From Eukaryota sp. GEM-RC1 (Eukaryota), in contig JAUFOQ010000016.1 in NCBI GenBank assembly GCA_040285855.1, forward strand, positions 2,914,001 through 2,978,000: DNA of 64,000 nucleotides, given 5' to 3'. Below the pieces are notes generated by a model. The model saw only the letters and a program-made list of their open reading frames with translations, did no database searches and was not told where the DNA came from. Position numbers and translations under genes: made by a program. Position 1 is the stretch's first letter, and each line of letters begins with the position of its first letter. Shown here in pieces: positions 61,161 to 64,000 of the stretch.

Positions 61161-61773
61161 CCGATTGTTCAATTTGTTTGAAGTGAATGAGATTTATGAT
61201 TGTGCTGCAGATTGTGACAAGGAGTTTGTGAGTTTCATTGATTCGTTGCTTAAGTATAAAGAACAGTTGTATTTTATAACAAATAGCAATGAGGAGATTA
61301 CATTCGACATATAGAGAACACAAATCGGGGTGTTCTACTTCTACGAGGAACATCAGCAGTGGAGGGAGGATGAGGATTACCTTGGATTTAGTGAAACAGA
61401 AGCAGAAGGTACCTTGTCTTCAGATAGAATGGCATCAACGAGGGCTAGGAGAGAGATCTCATGTTTGATTTGTAAGATCAAGGGGGTGACTTTAAAAGAC
61501 TCGGATATGTGTTGAAGTGCTCGAAAGTAGTCCAAGGACAAGACAGGATACATTGCTTGTCATCAAGCTCAATCTCAGCACCAACATCACGTTTTACAAA
61601 GACATATAATTTGACATATGAGACGATAGAAAGCTGATGATGGTAGAATAAGCTGCTAAGAATCAGCTAAGAACCAGCATATTCCATACAGTTGAGGTAG
61701 ATATATAAATTATAATGAAAGGAAAGTTTCCCTGCACAATCTGCATCTTAAACATCACCACTTCACACACTCA

Positions 61774-63648
61774 ATGTCCATTATCAACACACTTACAGAC
61801 GAACAGGCTCAAGTGTTCCAAGCTATTACTCATGCAAGACCTTCTAAGCGTCGAAATTTCTTTATTACTGGTGGTGCCGGATCGGGCAAGTCTTACCTAC
61901 TGTACTGTCTTAAACAGTGGTGGTCTAATGCGGGTTCCAAGCTAATGAGACCCAATGGCCATGTCTTTTTTACTGCTACTACTGGTGTTGCTTCCACTGT
62001 CTTTGGTGGTCAAACCCTACACTCTCTCTTTGGTTATAATTTTATCCGTAATGAAAAACCAATAGCTGATGTCATTCGCTCTATGCCTTCAAGTGTTAAG
62101 TCTGTTTTACGAACTATTAGTGCCCGAAATTCAATGCTTGTTATTGATGAAATTTCAATGTTGACTGCTGAACTATTCAACAGAGCATCTGATATATTTA
62201 AAGATTTACTAAAGTCTCAGTTACCATTTGGTGGTCTTCAAGTTGTAATTTTTGGTGATTTTTTGCAACTTGCACCAATTGTAAAGTCTGACTCAAACAC
62301 ACGTACTGTTCTTCAACTTTCAGACTTTACGTTTTCATCACAGTCTTGGAAGGACTTGAATTTAAATTTTATTGAATTATCTGGAAGTATCCGCCAACAA
62401 AATGATGTCAATTTTTATAATTTTTTGAATGAACTACGTCTCGGACTTTTTGATGACTATATGAAACATATTTTATTGAAACATAAGTCACTAGCCAAAA
62501 ATATTGAAAGTCCAACCAAATTATTTGCTAGAAACAAGGATGTCGCCGACGAAAATTTAAAGCAATTTGATATATTATGTGAACAAGGCAATGAAAATGT
62601 TGAATTTCATTCCAATGAAACCTTAATTAAATCAGAAATTGGTAAAAGTTGGGCATTTGGTAAGCCTAATGAGGAACAAATGGAAAAGGCTGTTGGTTTA
62701 AATTTAAAAAAATTATCAAGTAGGCTAAACGATTTTGCCGAACAAAAATTTCACTGTGTCGTCGGGGGTTTGGTAATGTTTACCCAAAACAAACCAGATC
62801 TGGGCCTAGTAAATGGGTCAAAAGGCAAAATTATTGATTTTTCAGAGACTTCACATTTCATTAATGTAAGATTCGGGAGGGACGAAGAACCAATCAAAAT
62901 TATTCCGACTAAATTTGAAATTGAGGTGTTGAATGAGAAGAAAAAGCCTGTAATTATAGCTTCCGGATTGCAATATCCTCTTCGTCCTTGTTGGGCAATA
63001 ACAGTCCATAGATCTCAGGGACTAACAATTGAAGGAATTGAAGTTTCATTAAATTTTTGGGAATATGCCCAATTGTACGTTACATTGAGTAGGGTGAAGA
63101 ACTGGAACTCAATTAAAATTTTAGATATTTCTTCTAGATTTCCCAAACCAAGAATTGATCTTTATCAGTGGTATTATTCCACTTTTCACCCCTGTCGACC
63201 GGTTACTAAACCTCTTTATCCTTTGCCATTAGAAGATGAAAGAATTGTTAGAAATTGGCCTTCTGTGTTGAAAACTTTTGATGAATTTTCGTCCAATATT
63301 ATTTCTATTGTTGGTGAAAGTATGGAAACTGTTGATGTTCTTGATCCAGTCAATGAAGAAATTGAGGAAGATTTGGTGGAAGATGTTCCAAAAATTCAAA
63401 ATTTAAATACCACTTCTGATTCAGTTTTAGAATTGTTCGATAATGAAGTTGTTGTCTCTGGAAGTGATAGTGGAGATGATGAAACTGATGATGATGACGA
63501 TGCGTCGTCCAGTATGAATGATTTTGTTGTGAATGATGACGATGAGTGTCTCAATAATCAAAGTGTAAGTGCCATCAATTCTGATTTTATTTTTAACAAA
63601 CCTGTGCCAAAACTGAAAAAACAACAGTCACTACTTTGCCTAAATTGA
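61774..63648 (+). CDS. PIF1-family SF1B DNA helicase with acidic tail (may continue past a frameshift at ~63620)
   Basis: FFITGGAGSGKS, TATTGVAS..GGQTLHS, VIDEISM, PFGGLQV..FGDFLQLAPI, IRQ, LVNGSKG, QYPL..WAITVHRSQGLT and QLYVTLSRV. Confidence 0.95.
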   Translation: MSIINTLTDEQAQVFQAITHARPSKRRNFFITGGAGSGKSYLLYCLKQWWSNAGSKLMRPNGHVFFTATTGVASTVFGGQTLHSLFGYNFIRNEKPIADVIRSMPSSVKSVLRTISARNSMLVIDEISMLTAELFNRASDIFKDLLKSQLPFGGLQVVIFGDFLQLAPIVKSDSNTRTVLQLSDFTFSSQSWKDLNLNFIELSGSIRQQNDVNFYNFLNELRLGLFDDYMKHILLKHKSLAKNIESPTKLFARNKDVADENLKQFDILCEQGNENVEFHSNETLIKSEIGKSWAFGKPNEEQMEKAVGLNLKKLSSRLNDFAEQKFHCVVGGLVMFTQNKPDLGLVNGSKGKIIDFSETSHFINVRFGRDEEPIKIIPTKFEIEVLNEKKKPVIIASGLQYPLRPCWAITVHRSQGLTIEGIEVSLNFWEYAQLYVTLSRVKNWNSIKILDISSRFPKPRIDLYQWYYSTFHPCRPVTKPLYPLPLEDERIVRNWPSVLKTFDEFSSNIISIVGESMETVDVLDPVNEEIEEDLVEDVPKIQNLNTTSDSVLELFDNEVVVSGSDSGDDETDDDDDASSSMNDFVVNDDDECLNNQSVSAINSDFIFNKPVPKLKKQQSLLCLN

Positions 63649-64000
63649 GACCAAATCTATTGTCTCGAAATACTCTCAAACCCAATTTGAATTTACCTAG
63701 TTTGAAATTATCAAAAAAGTTACAGATCATGAGGACACTGAATCTATCAACAGAATAACAAATTCACTTGGTCTTCAGACAGACTTTGAAAACAACTTGA
63801 ACAATACTCATAGTATTGGAATGCAGACAGAAACAAAGGTTCTTACATCTGTCCACAACATTGTACCACTACACTGGAACCATAGTGATACAACACCAAA
63901 CAGTCTTTCAAATATGAAATTGAAACTGCAATTGTTAAAAGATTTAAATTTATTGATGGCCAAAATTTTGAGTTTTCATTTGAATGATAGGGACAAGTAC

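Overview
AT-rich, intron-poor eukaryotic (protist-like) genomic DNA read with the standard code. Host genes are two RING-finger/Ser-Thr kinase paralogs, a truncated RNF213-like AAA+ ATPase, a carboxypeptidase-regulatory-repeat membrane protein, an M28 peptidase, EMC1, a kleisin-like gene, a B-box protein, a multipass RING-H2 ligase, a polycystin-2-type channel and a WAC/DDT chromatin factor. They sit among many fragments of RLE-type (CRE/SLACS-like) non-LTR retrotransposons and nested TIR elements with 8-bp target-site duplications. Most long genes are broken by 1-nt indels, mostly in homopolymers and in both directions, which is probably long-read assembly error. The main find is at 55.5-63.6 kb: a minus-strand ORF of about 3.8 kb built as leader peptide, 2A/StopGo motif (DLTSDGDVESNPGP), family-B DNA polymerase 3'-5' exonuclease domain, then a full Fanzor1 (eukaryotic TnpB). 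Its RuvC-III Asp reads Asn and its ExoIII Asp reads His. A structured candidate omega-RNA follows it, and a second Fanzor remnant and a PIF1 helicase lie next to it. Also notable is a degenerate PPDK fragment fused to a TM helix and a CarboxypepD_reg-like domain, carrying a 31-nt intron and duplicated in tandem (2450 bp) by recombination between retroelement copies. All family calls rest on motif recognition by eye; no searches were run.
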